A DNA stretch of 64,000 nt, from the NCBI GenBank assembly GCA_002497285.1, contig DANJ01000014.1, forward strand, positions 34,089 to 98,088, given 5' to 3'. Shown in pieces: positions 27,828 through 37,113 of the stretch. The stretch is from Candidatus Pacearchaeota archaeon UBA92 (lineage in GTDB: Archaea > Nanobdellota > Nanobdellia > Pacearchaeales > GW2011-AR1). The position numbers and the translations under genes were made by a program. The notes under the pieces were generated by a model. It did not search any database and was not told where the DNA came from. It saw nothing but the letters and a program-made list of their open reading frames with translations. Numbering within the stretch: the first letter of the stretch is position 1; every line of letters starts with the position of its first letter.

Positions 27828-28415
27828 ATGGTGTTCAAAATAAACATATCTGGCAAAAACGGAAAGACCTGGAAGTTCGAAACAGAATCAGAGGTTCTAA
27901 TTGGAAAGAAACTAGGAGAAAAACTAAATGGCTCTGAAATATCTCCAGACTTAGCAGGATATGAGCTTACTATTAACGGGGCTTCAGATATAGCTGGATT
28001 TCCTCACAAGTTAGATGTTGAAGGTCCACAACTAAAAAGAGTTCTCTTATCTAAAGGTTGGGGAATGCATAAAAGGCCTAAAAAAGAAGGCAAGAGAAAA
28101 GTTCAAACTCCTAGAGGATTCAGGAAAAGAAAGACAGTAAGAGGAAACATAATCTCAGAAAAAACAACACAAATAAACTTAATGATAACAAGGGAAGGAA
28201 GCAAAAAAATATCTGAAATTTTCCCAGAACAAAATAAGATTATAGAAATTGAAAAGCCAACAGAAGTTATTAAAGAGGCCCCAAAAGAAGAGATAAAAGA
28301 AGAGGTTAAGAAAGAGATAAAAGATTCAATTCCTGAATCTCCAGAGACTGAAACCTCAGAATCGAAGGAAAATGCTGCTGAAGAGATTGCTGAAAAAGAA
28401 AAAAAGGAACAATAA
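27828..28415 (+). CDS. rps6e: 30S ribosomal protein S6e with acidic C-terminal extension
   Basis: FKINIS, GYELTINGASDIAGFP and RKRKTVRGN motifs; conserved aIF5B-S6e-aIF2g gene order. Confidence 0.93.
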   Translation: MVFKINISGKNGKTWKFETESEVLIGKKLGEKLNGSEISPDLAGYELTINGASDIAGFPHKLDVEGPQLKRVLLSKGWGMHKRPKKEGKRKVQTPRGFRKRKTVRGNIISEKTTQINLMITREGSKKISEIFPEQNKIIEIEKPTEVIKEAPKEEIKEEVKKEIKDSIPESPETETSESKENAAEEIAEKEKKEQ

Positions 28416-28506
28416 CTTTTAAACCTTTAACTTTTTCAAAAAATGAAAGTTTAAGGGCAAAGATTTGTAAGGCAAATCTTTAAAACACCTATTTCTAATT
28501 ATATTT

Positions 28507-29706
28507 ATGGTAAAAACCGATATAACAAATTTGGAAACCGTTAACATTGTAATAGTTGGGCACATAGACCACGGAAAGACAACATTATTACAAAAATTAT
28601 CTGGAAAGTGGACTGACACTCACTCAGAAGAATTAAAGAGAGGAATAACGATAAAACTTGGTTACGCTGATATAATTCTATCCAATGATAATGGAACTTA
28701 TAATATAGAAGGCAAAGGAGAGCCAGAAAGATATGTCTCATTTGTAGACGCCCCTGGACATGAGATGCTTATGGCCACAATGCTTTCAGGAGCTGCGATT
28801 GTTGATGCGGCAATCTTGGTCGTAGCAGCAAACGAAGGAATAAAACCACAAACCCAAGAACATTTAATTGCTTTACATACAAAGGGAATAAAACAAATAA
28901 TAATAGTGCAAAATAAAATTGATCTTGTTTCAAAAGAAAAAGCCCTTGAAAATTACAAAGCCATAAAGGAACTTGTAAAAGGAACAATTGCAGAAAATTC
29001 TCCTATAATTCCAGTATCTGCACAACAGGGAATAAACTTGCAAAGCATATTTGAAGAAATAGCCAAGATAAAAATTCCTGAAAGAGATTATGAAGGAACT
29101 CCCTTATTTGTTATTGCGAGAAGCTTTGACATTAATAAGCCGGGAACATCTCCTGAAAATCTACACGGGGCAGTTCTAGGAGGAGCAATGAAACATGGCA
29201 GATTAAAAGTCGGAGATGAAATAGAAATCAAGCCAGGAATAACAATAAAAGAAGCCAATCAAATAAAATATAAAACCCTTAAAACAAAAATTGTTTCACT
29301 GTTCAAAGGTGTACATAAAGTATCTGAAATTTCCCCTGGAGGAAGTCTTGCTATAGAAACAGAACTTGACATGTCCACAGGAAAAACAGATACCCTATCT
29401 GGAGGGGTAATTTCAATTCCGGGAAAACTACCTGAAATCACAACTTCCCTAAAATTAAAATACTCATTATTTGAAGAAATCTTTGGCACTGGAAAAAAAG
29501 AAAAAGTGGCACCCTTGAAGCCATCCGAAATGCTAATGCTCTCAGTAAATACAGCAACATCTGTAGGCATAATTAAAAGAATGTCAAATGGAATTATGGA
29601 CATGACCCTAAGAATTCCAGTTGTTCCGTTCAAAGGAGACAATGTCGGATTAGCAAGAAACATAAATAATCACTGGCGCCTTATTGGTTATGGGGAAATT
29701 CTGTAA
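28507..29706 (+). CDS. eif2g: Translation initiation factor aIF2 gamma subunit
   Basis: GHIDHGKT, EELKRGITIKLGY, DAPGHE, QNKID, RSFDINKPG and WRLIGYG motifs. Confidence 0.97.
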   Translation: MVKTDITNLETVNIVIVGHIDHGKTTLLQKLSGKWTDTHSEELKRGITIKLGYADIILSNDNGTYNIEGKGEPERYVSFVDAPGHEMLMATMLSGAAIVDAAILVVAANEGIKPQTQEHLIALHTKGIKQIIIVQNKIDLVSKEKALENYKAIKELVKGTIAENSPIIPVSAQQGINLQSIFEEIAKIKIPERDYEGTPLFVIARSFDINKPGTSPENLHGAVLGGAMKHGRLKVGDEIEIKPGITIKEANQIKYKTLKTKIVSLFKGVHKVSEISPGGSLAIETELDMSTGKTDTLSGGVISIPGKLPEITTSLKLKYSLFEEIFGTGKKEKVAPLKPSEMLMLSVNTATSVGIIKRMSNGIMDMTLRIPVVPFKGDNVGLARNINNHWRLIGYGEIL

Positions 29707-30059
29707 TGACAAGACTTATCAGCATTGCCATTAATTGGGCAGGCAATAAAGCTGGAAAACTAACTAAAAAAGGTGAATTGAAAAAAAAATCAAATACAAT
29801 AATCTTCAATTATTTAGAAAGAGATGCAACAATAAGAGGCGTAATAGGAACTGCAAATTATAACGAAGATCAGTTAAGAATAATTTATGATAATGCAAAA
29901 AGTCAAAGGCCTGAGAGATTAAGAGAATATTTGAAATTATTACATTCCATTGTTGAGGACAGGGCATTTTATGATTTAACTGGTTTGGATTATGTGACTG
30001 GAGAAATACCTAAAGTAAAGGCCGGAATGGCTTTAGCAGTTTTAAGGGAAAATATATAA
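29706..30059 (+). CDS. Hypothetical protein
   Basis: 117-aa ORF overlapping the aIF2g stop (TAATG). Confidence 0.6.
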   Translation: MTRLISIAINWAGNKAGKLTKKGELKKKSNTIIFNYLERDATIRGVIGTANYNEDQLRIIYDNAKSQRPERLREYLKLLHSIVEDRAFYDLTGLDYVTGEIPKVKAGMALAVLRENI

Positions 30060-30081
30060 GAGCTTCTTTTTTAGAACAATA

Positions 30082-32988
30082 ATGCCCTCAGCTATAGAAA
30101 AAACATTCGGTCCATGTATTATTCTTGCAGGAGCAGGCACAGGAAAAACCTACAAAATAGTTGAGAAAATAGAATATCTGTTAAAAAATAATCTTTATCA
30201 GCCAGAAAAGATTGTCTGCCTTACATTTTCAAACGAAGCCGCAAATTCATTAAGAACAAAAATTCTCCCAATACTAAAAGACGATAGAGAACCAATAATG
30301 AGAACATTTCACGCATTTTGCTCTGACTTGATTAAAAAGCATGGAAAAAATATAGGAATAACAGAAAACTTCAGAATAATGACTCCAGAAGATGCGAAAA
30401 TAATTCTTCATAAACATTTTAAGATTCAGCCCTACTACTGTCACAGATACATTTCAACAATAGGAACTGCAAAAGACCTTGGAATAAAGATAGAAGAGCT
30501 TGACAAATATTTTATAGAAAATATGAATGCCCTTGGAAATCCAAATCTTGAAAAAACTCTTGAGAATTTAAATTTCACTCTAAAAACATCTCACTTAAAA
30601 AAAGAAAGTTATCACAAAAAAAGCGGATTGAGTGAATTAATAGAAAGACATCAAAAACTGCTAGATTTGAGAAAATTCGTGCAAACATGGAAAGCATACG
30701 AAAAAATAAAGAAAATAAAGAATTTCCAAGATTATTCTGATTTAAACAAAAATGCCATAGATTTACTTGAAAAAAATCCCCATCTTGCAAATGAATTTGA
30801 TTATATCATAGTAGATGAATTTCAGGATACAAACAAAATGCAATTTGACTTGTTAAAATTGATTTCTCCTAAAAAAAATATAACTGTCGTAGGCGACTTA
30901 AATCAATCGATTTACAGATTCAGAGGAGCTTACAAGGAAAACTTTAACCTTTTCAAGAAACATTTTTCAGTAAGAGATGAAGAAATATTTACCCTTACTA
31001 AATCATTCCGGTCCCCAGATTCAGTATTAAATCTCGCACATCAGTTGATAGAATACAATTACGAAAAAAAGGAAGATTGCTTTAAAGTTGAAAATGCCCA
31101 TAATAGAAAAGGTGAAAAGGCGCAGGTCTATGAATTAAAAAACGCAAAAGAAGAAACAAGGAAAATTATAGAAATAGTAAAACATGAAATCGGGAAAGGA
31201 ACACCGGAAAATGAGATATGCATTATGTTTCGAACCCATCAGCAATCGAGAATGTTGAAAAAGGCATTTGAATACGAAAAAATCCCTTATATTGCCATTG
31301 CCTCAAATTCTCTTTTAAAAATTCCAATTGTGAAAAAAGTAGTTGATTATTTGAAAATTATAAATTCAATAAAAACAAAAACAAATAATTCAGAGCATTC
31401 ATGGTGGAATTTGATACATGAAGCAAATCTTCCTGATTCGGATTTAATAAACCTCGGAAAGTTCATTAAAAATAACAAAGAGGAAGATTTAAACAAAGAA
31501 CTAACAGAGAACATACAAAAGTTCAATCTTTCAGAAGAAGGAAAGATAAAATTCGGAATTATAACAAAAAAAATAAATGACCTTGTTCCACATGCATCCG
31601 AAGATATACAAAAATTAATCTTAAAACTATATGAGATAACTGGAATAAGTTCGGAAGCAAGTGATAAGGAAAATTTCTTATGTCTTCAAAAGCTTCATGA
31701 AATAACTCAAGAATATTCAGAAACAGATTCCCCAGACATAGACTCTTTCATAAACCACCTCAAGATAATGGAAACCCTTGACATCGAAATAGATGCCCCT
31801 TCAGCTCAAGAGTCCGGAATAAGAATAATGACTCTGCATGCAACTAAAGGTTTGGAATATAAGGTGGTCATTGTAACTAACCTTGCCCAAAAACGTTTCC
31901 CGATGGAAAAGATTGGAAATAATTCAATTATACCTCCCGAATTATCTCCTGAACTAAAAGAAATGCTTAAACCAATTCCAGAAGTTGAAAGGAAATATAT
32001 TATAAAAGAATATGAAACCAAGAATCAGTTATTAGAAGAAAGGCGCTTGTGTTATGTAGCCTTCACAAGGTCTAAAGAAAACCTCTATTTAACATATGCA
32101 AAAGAATATGGAAATAAAAAATATTTACCATCACAATTTCTTAATGAGGTAGAATACAAGAAAAATCCAGATATCTTATTTATAGAAGATAATGAAGAAA
32201 AGTACCTTGAGCCAAATCTGGAAATAAAACCTGCACAAATTCAGAACAACCTCAAAAATATTAAGTTCTCACCCTCTTCTTTATTACTCTTTGACGAATG
32301 CCAGAAAAAATATGAGTACAAATATATTTATAACATGCCAGAACCAATTCCTCTTTCTTGGGAAGCAATAAAGCTCGGTTCTTTTGTGCATCATGTTGCA
32401 GAAATAGGGACAAAAAGCCTTATCAAAGAAGAAAAAGAATTCATAATTCTTGCAAAAACTCTTCAAGCTGAGGAAAAATGGGAATTCGTTAATTTAGATG
32501 AAGCTATTCCTCTAATAAGGGTATTTTTTGAAAGAAACAAAAACAAATATTCTAAAGACTCTAAAACGGAAATAAATCTTCAAGCAAATATTGAAGGAAT
32601 AAATTTTATAGGTTATGCAGACCGCATTGACTTCACAGATAAAGGAGTTGAAATAATTGACTACAAAACTGGGAATACTATTGTAAAACCAAAAGCCAGA
32701 GATTGGCAACTTGGATTTTACGCTCTAGCTGCAAAAGACAAATATGGAAAAATCTACAAGTTAACTTTGGATATGTTAAAAAAGGAAAAACCAATAGAAT
32801 TTGTCTTAGATTCTAAAGGAAATGCCGTAGAATCAATATCAGGAAGAATGTCTTTCAATTTAGATGAAGTCAAAGAGCAATTAATAGAAACTGCAAAAAA
32901 AATTCTTGCCTGTTATCAGTCAGGATTCAAACCCTGCCCTATAGAAAAGAACTGCGAATTCTGTAATGAATATGTCTGGAATATCTAG
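30082..32988 (+). CDS. UvrD/PcrA-like SF1 helicase with a C-terminal PD-(D/E)XK Fe-S nuclease (AddA/AddB-like)
   Basis: AGAGTGKT, DEFQD, GDLNQSIYRFRGA, TLHATKGLEY and EERRLCYVAFTR motifs; FSPS..C, GYADRID, IDYKTG and C..C..C at the C-terminus. Confidence 0.93.
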   Translation: MPSAIEKTFGPCIILAGAGTGKTYKIVEKIEYLLKNNLYQPEKIVCLTFSNEAANSLRTKILPILKDDREPIMRTFHAFCSDLIKKHGKNIGITENFRIMTPEDAKIILHKHFKIQPYYCHRYISTIGTAKDLGIKIEELDKYFIENMNALGNPNLEKTLENLNFTLKTSHLKKESYHKKSGLSELIERHQKLLDLRKFVQTWKAYEKIKKIKNFQDYSDLNKNAIDLLEKNPHLANEFDYIIVDEFQDTNKMQFDLLKLISPKKNITVVGDLNQSIYRFRGAYKENFNLFKKHFSVRDEEIFTLTKSFRSPDSVLNLAHQLIEYNYEKKEDCFKVENAHNRKGEKAQVYELKNAKEETRKIIEIVKHEIGKGTPENEICIMFRTHQQSRMLKKAFEYEKIPYIAIASNSLLKIPIVKKVVDYLKIINSIKTKTNNSEHSWWNLIHEANLPDSDLINLGKFIKNNKEEDLNKELTENIQKFNLSEEGKIKFGIITKKINDLVPHASEDIQKLILKLYEITGISSEASDKENFLCLQKLHEITQEYSETDSPDIDSFINHLKIMETLDIEIDAPSAQESGIRIMTLHATKGLEYKVVIVTNLAQKRFPMEKIGNNSIIPPELSPELKEMLKPIPEVERKYIIKEYETKNQLLEERRLCYVAFTRSKENLYLTYAKEYGNKKYLPSQFLNEVEYKKNPDILFIEDNEEKYLEPNLEIKPAQIQNNLKNIKFSPSSLLLFDECQKKYEYKYIYNMPEPIPLSWEAIKLGSFVHHVAEIGTKSLIKEEKEFIILAKTLQAEEKWEFVNLDEAIPLIRVFFERNKNKYSKDSKTEINLQANIEGINFIGYADRIDFTDKGVEIIDYKTGNTIVKPKARDWQLGFYALAAKDKYGKIYKLTLDMLKKEKPIEFVLDSKGNAVESISGRMSFNLDEVKEQLIETAKKILACYQSGFKPCPIEKNCEFCNEYVWNI

Positions 32989-33386
32989 AATTTTACATTC
33001 ATCATAAATTCCTTAACCATCTTCCTTGTCTCTTTCTCGCTTCTGACAGAATGATGTATAATTTCATGGACAAAAGTATCTAATAATTCTTTATTCAATA
33101 ATTTCCCTTTAAATTTAGCAAATGGTTTCGTATAAATATCAATTACAATAACATTCTTTGATATTCTCTTGCCCTGAACATAATAAAACCCATAAAGCTC
33201 TCCCTCGCCTTCCTTGAAATTTATCAGAACTTCCTCAGGAAGTTCATACTCGTCCATCAATCCCTCAAGTTCATAAGAAAAATTATCTATAATCTTAAAA
33301 AAGGAGTTATATATTTCAGAATTACATTCGTCAGAACATCTTATTCCTAAAACCCTTCTTCCTAAAACAAGTCTCTTTTCCATCAT
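32985..33386 (-). CDS. Putative zinc metallopeptidase-like protein
   Basis: TFVHEIIH (HExxH) motif. Confidence 0.55.
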   Translation of the reverse strand: MMEKRLVLGRRVLGIRCSDECNSEIYNSFFKIIDNFSYELEGLMDEYELPEEVLINFKEGEGELYGFYYVQGKRISKNVIVIDIYTKPFAKFKGKLLNKELLDTFVHEIIHHSVRSEKETRKMVKEFMMNVKF

Positions 33387-33961
33387 TTATTTCTAACATA
33401 AACGATGATAGTAGCCAACAATGCCCCTAAAGTGTTGAACACTAAGTCCCATGCGTTATTATAATATCCTCCAACCCCACTACTTTCTAAGAACAAAACC
33501 ATCATAAATTCAACTATCTCATTCAAAGCTCCAATACCCACGCTAATTAAAGCTAAGGCAACAAAAACAAGCCAGTGTTTTTTCTTCAAATTTCCTTTCA
33601 ACAAATGCCATATTGCAAAGACAACTACAAAATACAAGTATGCATGAATAAACTGATCCATTTTTAGCACATAAAAGTTCTCAGTAACCCATATAGGAAT
33701 TAATTGTAATGAATACAATGTTGCCCCCTTAACTATCAAACCGCCTCCTAACATATGAAGAAGTCCCCATATAGATAAGCCCCATAATATTCCATAACCA
33801 AACTTAGTCCTTCTTAGAGTTCCAGCAACTACCAAAAATAAGATGACAAGAATTGCAATATATCCAAGGAATTCATAATCGTTTATAGAAATATAATATA
33901 TTGCAGCTCCAATTATATATGCAAGGTTGAAAACAAGAAGTAACCACTCACCTTTTTTCAT
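33383..33961 (-). CDS. DUF2238/YjdF-like membrane protein
   Basis: Multiple TM helices; LHMLGG, DQFIH, NEIVEF and WDLVFNTLG motifs. Confidence 0.75.
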   Translation of the reverse strand: MKKGEWLLLVFNLAYIIGAAIYYISINDYEFLGYIAILVILFLVVAGTLRRTKFGYGILWGLSIWGLLHMLGGGLIVKGATLYSLQLIPIWVTENFYVLKMDQFIHAYLYFVVVFAIWHLLKGNLKKKHWLVFVALALISVGIGALNEIVEFMMVLFLESSGVGGYYNNAWDLVFNTLGALLATIIVYVRNK

Positions 33962-34076
33962 AATCTATAAAGGAAACTTCAGCTTAAAAACCTAATTGTT
34001 ATTCTAATTCTTTAACACATAGCTTCAAGACAAAATCCAGCAGTTTCATCTAAGATAGGAAACTTCTACCGAGCAT

Positions 34077-34346
34077 TCATAAGTATTCTATGAGCTTCCG
34101 CATAAATAATATCATCAGCTCCTTCGGATTATTTATATGAGCAAAATCAAGAAATTTTATAGAATCTTTAATCACTTGTTTATTAGCATATTCGCCCCTA
34201 AATAAAAAATAACTAAACTCTTCTGGAATCGCGGCCACAACTATTCCCTTATTATCAACCTTATTAACTTTATATCCCCAAGGATTTGGAGCCTCTCTAG
34301 GTTTAGGAATTTTATTGTACCTTAATAATCTTACTTCTTCATCCAT
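34077..34346 (-). CDS. Hypothetical protein (possibly degraded)
   Basis: 89-aa ORF with a TATA-like element upstream; no motif recognised. Confidence 0.4.
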   Translation of the reverse strand: MDEEVRLLRYNKIPKPREAPNPWGYKVNKVDNKGIVVAAIPEEFSYFLFRGEYANKQVIKDSIKFLDFAHINNPKELMILFMRKLIEYL

Positions 34347-34404
34347 AAAAATTATCCTTTTAGAACCTATTTAAAGATTATGAAGAATTAATACTAATTA
34401 GAAT

Positions 34405-36933
34405 TTATTCGCCTTCCAAAACAACATCTTCCCTTACAAGTTTAACAACATCTGCAACTCTGTCTCCAGGTTTAAGCTTAACAACGTGAACTCCTTGTGT
34501 TGCCCTTCCCATCACACGAAGCTGTTTCATCCCAATTCTAATTATCATTCCCTTTGTTGTTGTAAGGATTACAGAATCTTTGTCATCTACACTAACGCTC
34601 TTCACAATATTACCTGTCTTCTCGCCTGCTTTAAGATTAATGACTCCCTTTCCACCTCTCGCAGTCTTTCTATAATCTTCAAGAGCAGACCTTTTTCCAA
34701 AGCCTTTTTCAGCTATAGTCAAAATCGTTGTCTTCCCCTCTTTATCCAAAGGAACAAGAGCAACTACTTCATCTCCATTTCCAAGATCAATCCCCTTAAC
34801 CCCATAACTTGCTCTACCCATACTTCTGACATCATTAGAATTAAACCTCACTGCTTGTCCTTTCTTTGTTGTGAGTAACACTTCTTGCCCATCTTCAATA
34901 CGACTTACACTAATTAAATTATCACTTCCATCTACAGGAAGATTAATTGCACGGACTCCTGCAGACCTTGGTTTGCTTAAATCTTTCAAAGGCAATTTCT
35001 TCACAATTCCAAGTTTCGTAGCAAACATCAGATAGTCTTTATCAAAATCTTTTACAGCCATTATATTTGTAACTTCCTCGTCTCTCAAATTAAGAAGATT
35101 TGCAATGCTTCTGCCCTTGCCTTGTCTCATAGCATCAGAAACATCATTTGCCTTAAGCCAATAAACTCTACCTCTTGAACTGAAGAAAAGCAAATAATCA
35201 TGAGTTGAACAAGTTATCAATTCTTTCACAAAGTCTTCTTCCTTCAGTCCTGCCCCTGTGACTCCAGAACCTCCTCTCTTCTGCTCCTTGTAAGTCTTTG
35301 TATCTGTTCTCTTTATATATCCCGAATGAGTAAGTGTTACAACAACCTCTTTCTTTTCAATTAAATCTTTTTCCTTAATTTCGGCAATTTTCTTTAATAC
35401 AGTAGTTCTTCTTTCATCCCCATATTCTTTCTTCAAATCCTGAACCTCTTTCTTTATTACTCCGAGTATTTCTTGTTCACTTCCAAGCAATTTCTGAAGA
35501 TGAGCAATTATTTCATTCAGTTTCTTTTCCTCATCTCTAAGTTTACCATCTTCAAGTTTCGTTAATTGTTGTAATCTCATTTCAAGAACAGCTTTCGCCT
35601 GTCTAATTGTAAGCTTAAACTTACCCATTAACTCATCCTGAGCATCAGAAACATTCTTTGACCTCTTTATAGCTGCAACAACTGCATCTATATCTTTCAA
35701 AGCCAATAGCAAACCAAGAACAATCTCAAGTCTATCTTCTGCCTTTTTTAAATCAAACTTACTTCTTTTTGTTACGACTAATTTCCTATAATTAATGTAG
35801 ACTCCAAGATAATCATTAAGATTCAAAATCTTAGGCTTTCCATCAACCAAAGCAAGAATGTTAGCATCAAAATTAGTCTGTAACTTTGTTAGTTTATACA
35901 ATTTATTCAATGTAAACTTAGAGTCGGCTCCCTTTTTCAATTCTATAACAATTCTCACAAGCCCCTTTGCACTTTCATCTCTCAAATCAGAAACATCAGG
36001 AAGTTTTTTGTCAGTAGCAAGTTTGGCAATGTCTTTAACTAAATCAGCCTTGTTAACCATATATGGAATCTCTGTTATAACTATTGAAGACTTGCCTTTG
36101 ATTTCTTCTATCTTTGTCTTAGCCCTCATAATTAATTTTCCTTTTCCGAACTTGTACATTTCTTGAATTCCTAATCCAGTCACATATCCGCCAGTTGGAA
36201 AATCAGGACCTGTAACTATTTCCATCAAAGCATTTTCATCTATGTTCGGTTTATTGATTTTAGCGACAATGGCATCACATAATTCAGTAAGATTGTGAGG
36301 CGGAATATTTGTAGCCATTCCAACTGCAATTCCTGTAGCTCCATTCAAAAACAAATTTGGTAACTTTCCAGGAACAGTCTCGGGTTCCTTAAGAGAATTA
36401 TCATAGTTGGCATTCATTTTCACAGTTTCTTTCTCAATATCTTTCAATAATTCCTGAGAAATCTTGCTCATTTTTGCTTCAGTGTATCTTTGAGCAGCCG
36501 GACTATCTCCGTCCATGCTTCCAAAATTACCTTGCCCATAAACAAGAGGGTATCTCAAAGAAAAATCTTGAGCCATTCTAACCATTGCATCATAAACTGC
36601 TACATCTCCATGAGGATGAAACTTTCCAAGAGTCTCTCCAACTATTCTAGCAGATTTCATAGTAGGCTTACTTGGATCCAATCCGAGCAAATGCATAGCA
36701 TAAAGAATTCTTCTATGAACAGGCTTTAAGCCATCTTCAGCATTTGGCAAAGCCCTTTGAACAATGACTGACATTGCATAGTCTATGTAAGATTTCTCCA
36801 TCTCTTCGACAATTTCTCTTCCTGCAATTCCCTTCTCTTCTCCAAGCTGATCTTTCAATCTTCTTTTTATTTCTAAGTCTTCTAACTTCTTCTCAATAAG
36901 ACTTTCGCCGTTTTCATTTGTTTCTTCAGTCAT
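34405..36933 (-). CDS. gyrA: DNA gyrase subunit A
   Basis: [31 protein letters not shown] (catalytic Tyr), GyrA-box-like QKRGGSG and C-terminal pinwheel repeats. Confidence 0.97.
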   Translation of the reverse strand: MTEETNENGESLIEKKLEDLEIKRRLKDQLGEEKGIAGREIVEEMEKSYIDYAMSVIVQRALPNAEDGLKPVHRRILYAMHLLGLDPSKPTMKSARIVGETLGKFHPHGDVAVYDAMVRMAQDFSLRYPLVYGQGNFGSMDGDSPAAQRYTEAKMSKISQELLKDIEKETVKMNANYDNSLKEPETVPGKLPNLFLNGATGIAVGMATNIPPHNLTELCDAIVAKINKPNIDENALMEIVTGPDFPTGGYVTGLGIQEMYKFGKGKLIMRAKTKIEEIKGKSSIVITEIPYMVNKADLVKDIAKLATDKKLPDVSDLRDESAKGLVRIVIELKKGADSKFTLNKLYKLTKLQTNFDANILALVDGKPKILNLNDYLGVYINYRKLVVTKRSKFDLKKAEDRLEIVLGLLLALKDIDAVVAAIKRSKNVSDAQDELMGKFKLTIRQAKAVLEMRLQQLTKLEDGKLRDEEKKLNEIIAHLQKLLGSEQEILGVIKKEVQDLKKEYGDERRTTVLKKIAEIKEKDLIEKKEVVVTLTHSGYIKRTDTKTYKEQKRGGSGVTGAGLKEEDFVKELITCSTHDYLLFFSSRGRVYWLKANDVSDAMRQGKGRSIANLLNLRDEEVTNIMAVKDFDKDYLMFATKLGIVKKLPLKDLSKPRSAGVRAINLPVDGSDNLISVSRIEDGQEVLLTTKKGQAVRFNSNDVRSMGRASYGVKGIDLGNGDEVVALVPLDKEGKTTILTIAEKGFGKRSALEDYRKTARGGKGVINLKAGEKTGNIVKSVSVDDKDSVILTTTKGMIIRIGMKQLRVMGRATQGVHVVKLKPGDRVADVVKLVREDVVLEGE

Positions 36934-37112
36934 TCTTCCTCCTCTTCATTTTCTGAATAGTGTATTAAAAGATCATTATCTTCATCTATGCTAAAACCAA
37001 TATGCCCCTTCGTTTCCATAAGTTCATTCAATTTTCCCATAAGTTCCTCTATTCCATCTCTGTCAAGTTCAAATTCAAGAACATCAACTTCATCCTTTTC
37101 ATTTTCTTCCAT
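36930..37112 (-). CDS. Small, highly acidic protein between gyrB and gyrA (60 aa)
   Basis: ATG at 37112 directly after the gyrB stop; its TGA overlaps the gyrA ATG; 24 of 60 residues are D/E. Confidence 0.7.
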   Translation of the reverse strand: MEENEKDEVDVLEFELDRDGIEELMGKLNELMETKGHIGFSIDEDNDLLIHYSENEEEEE

Positions 37113-37113
37113 C

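Noticed and set aside
34010-34130. Possible frameshifted extension of the 34077..34346 ORF
   Set aside because: The alternative frame contains a stop and no recognisable motif, so it cannot be supported without homologs.
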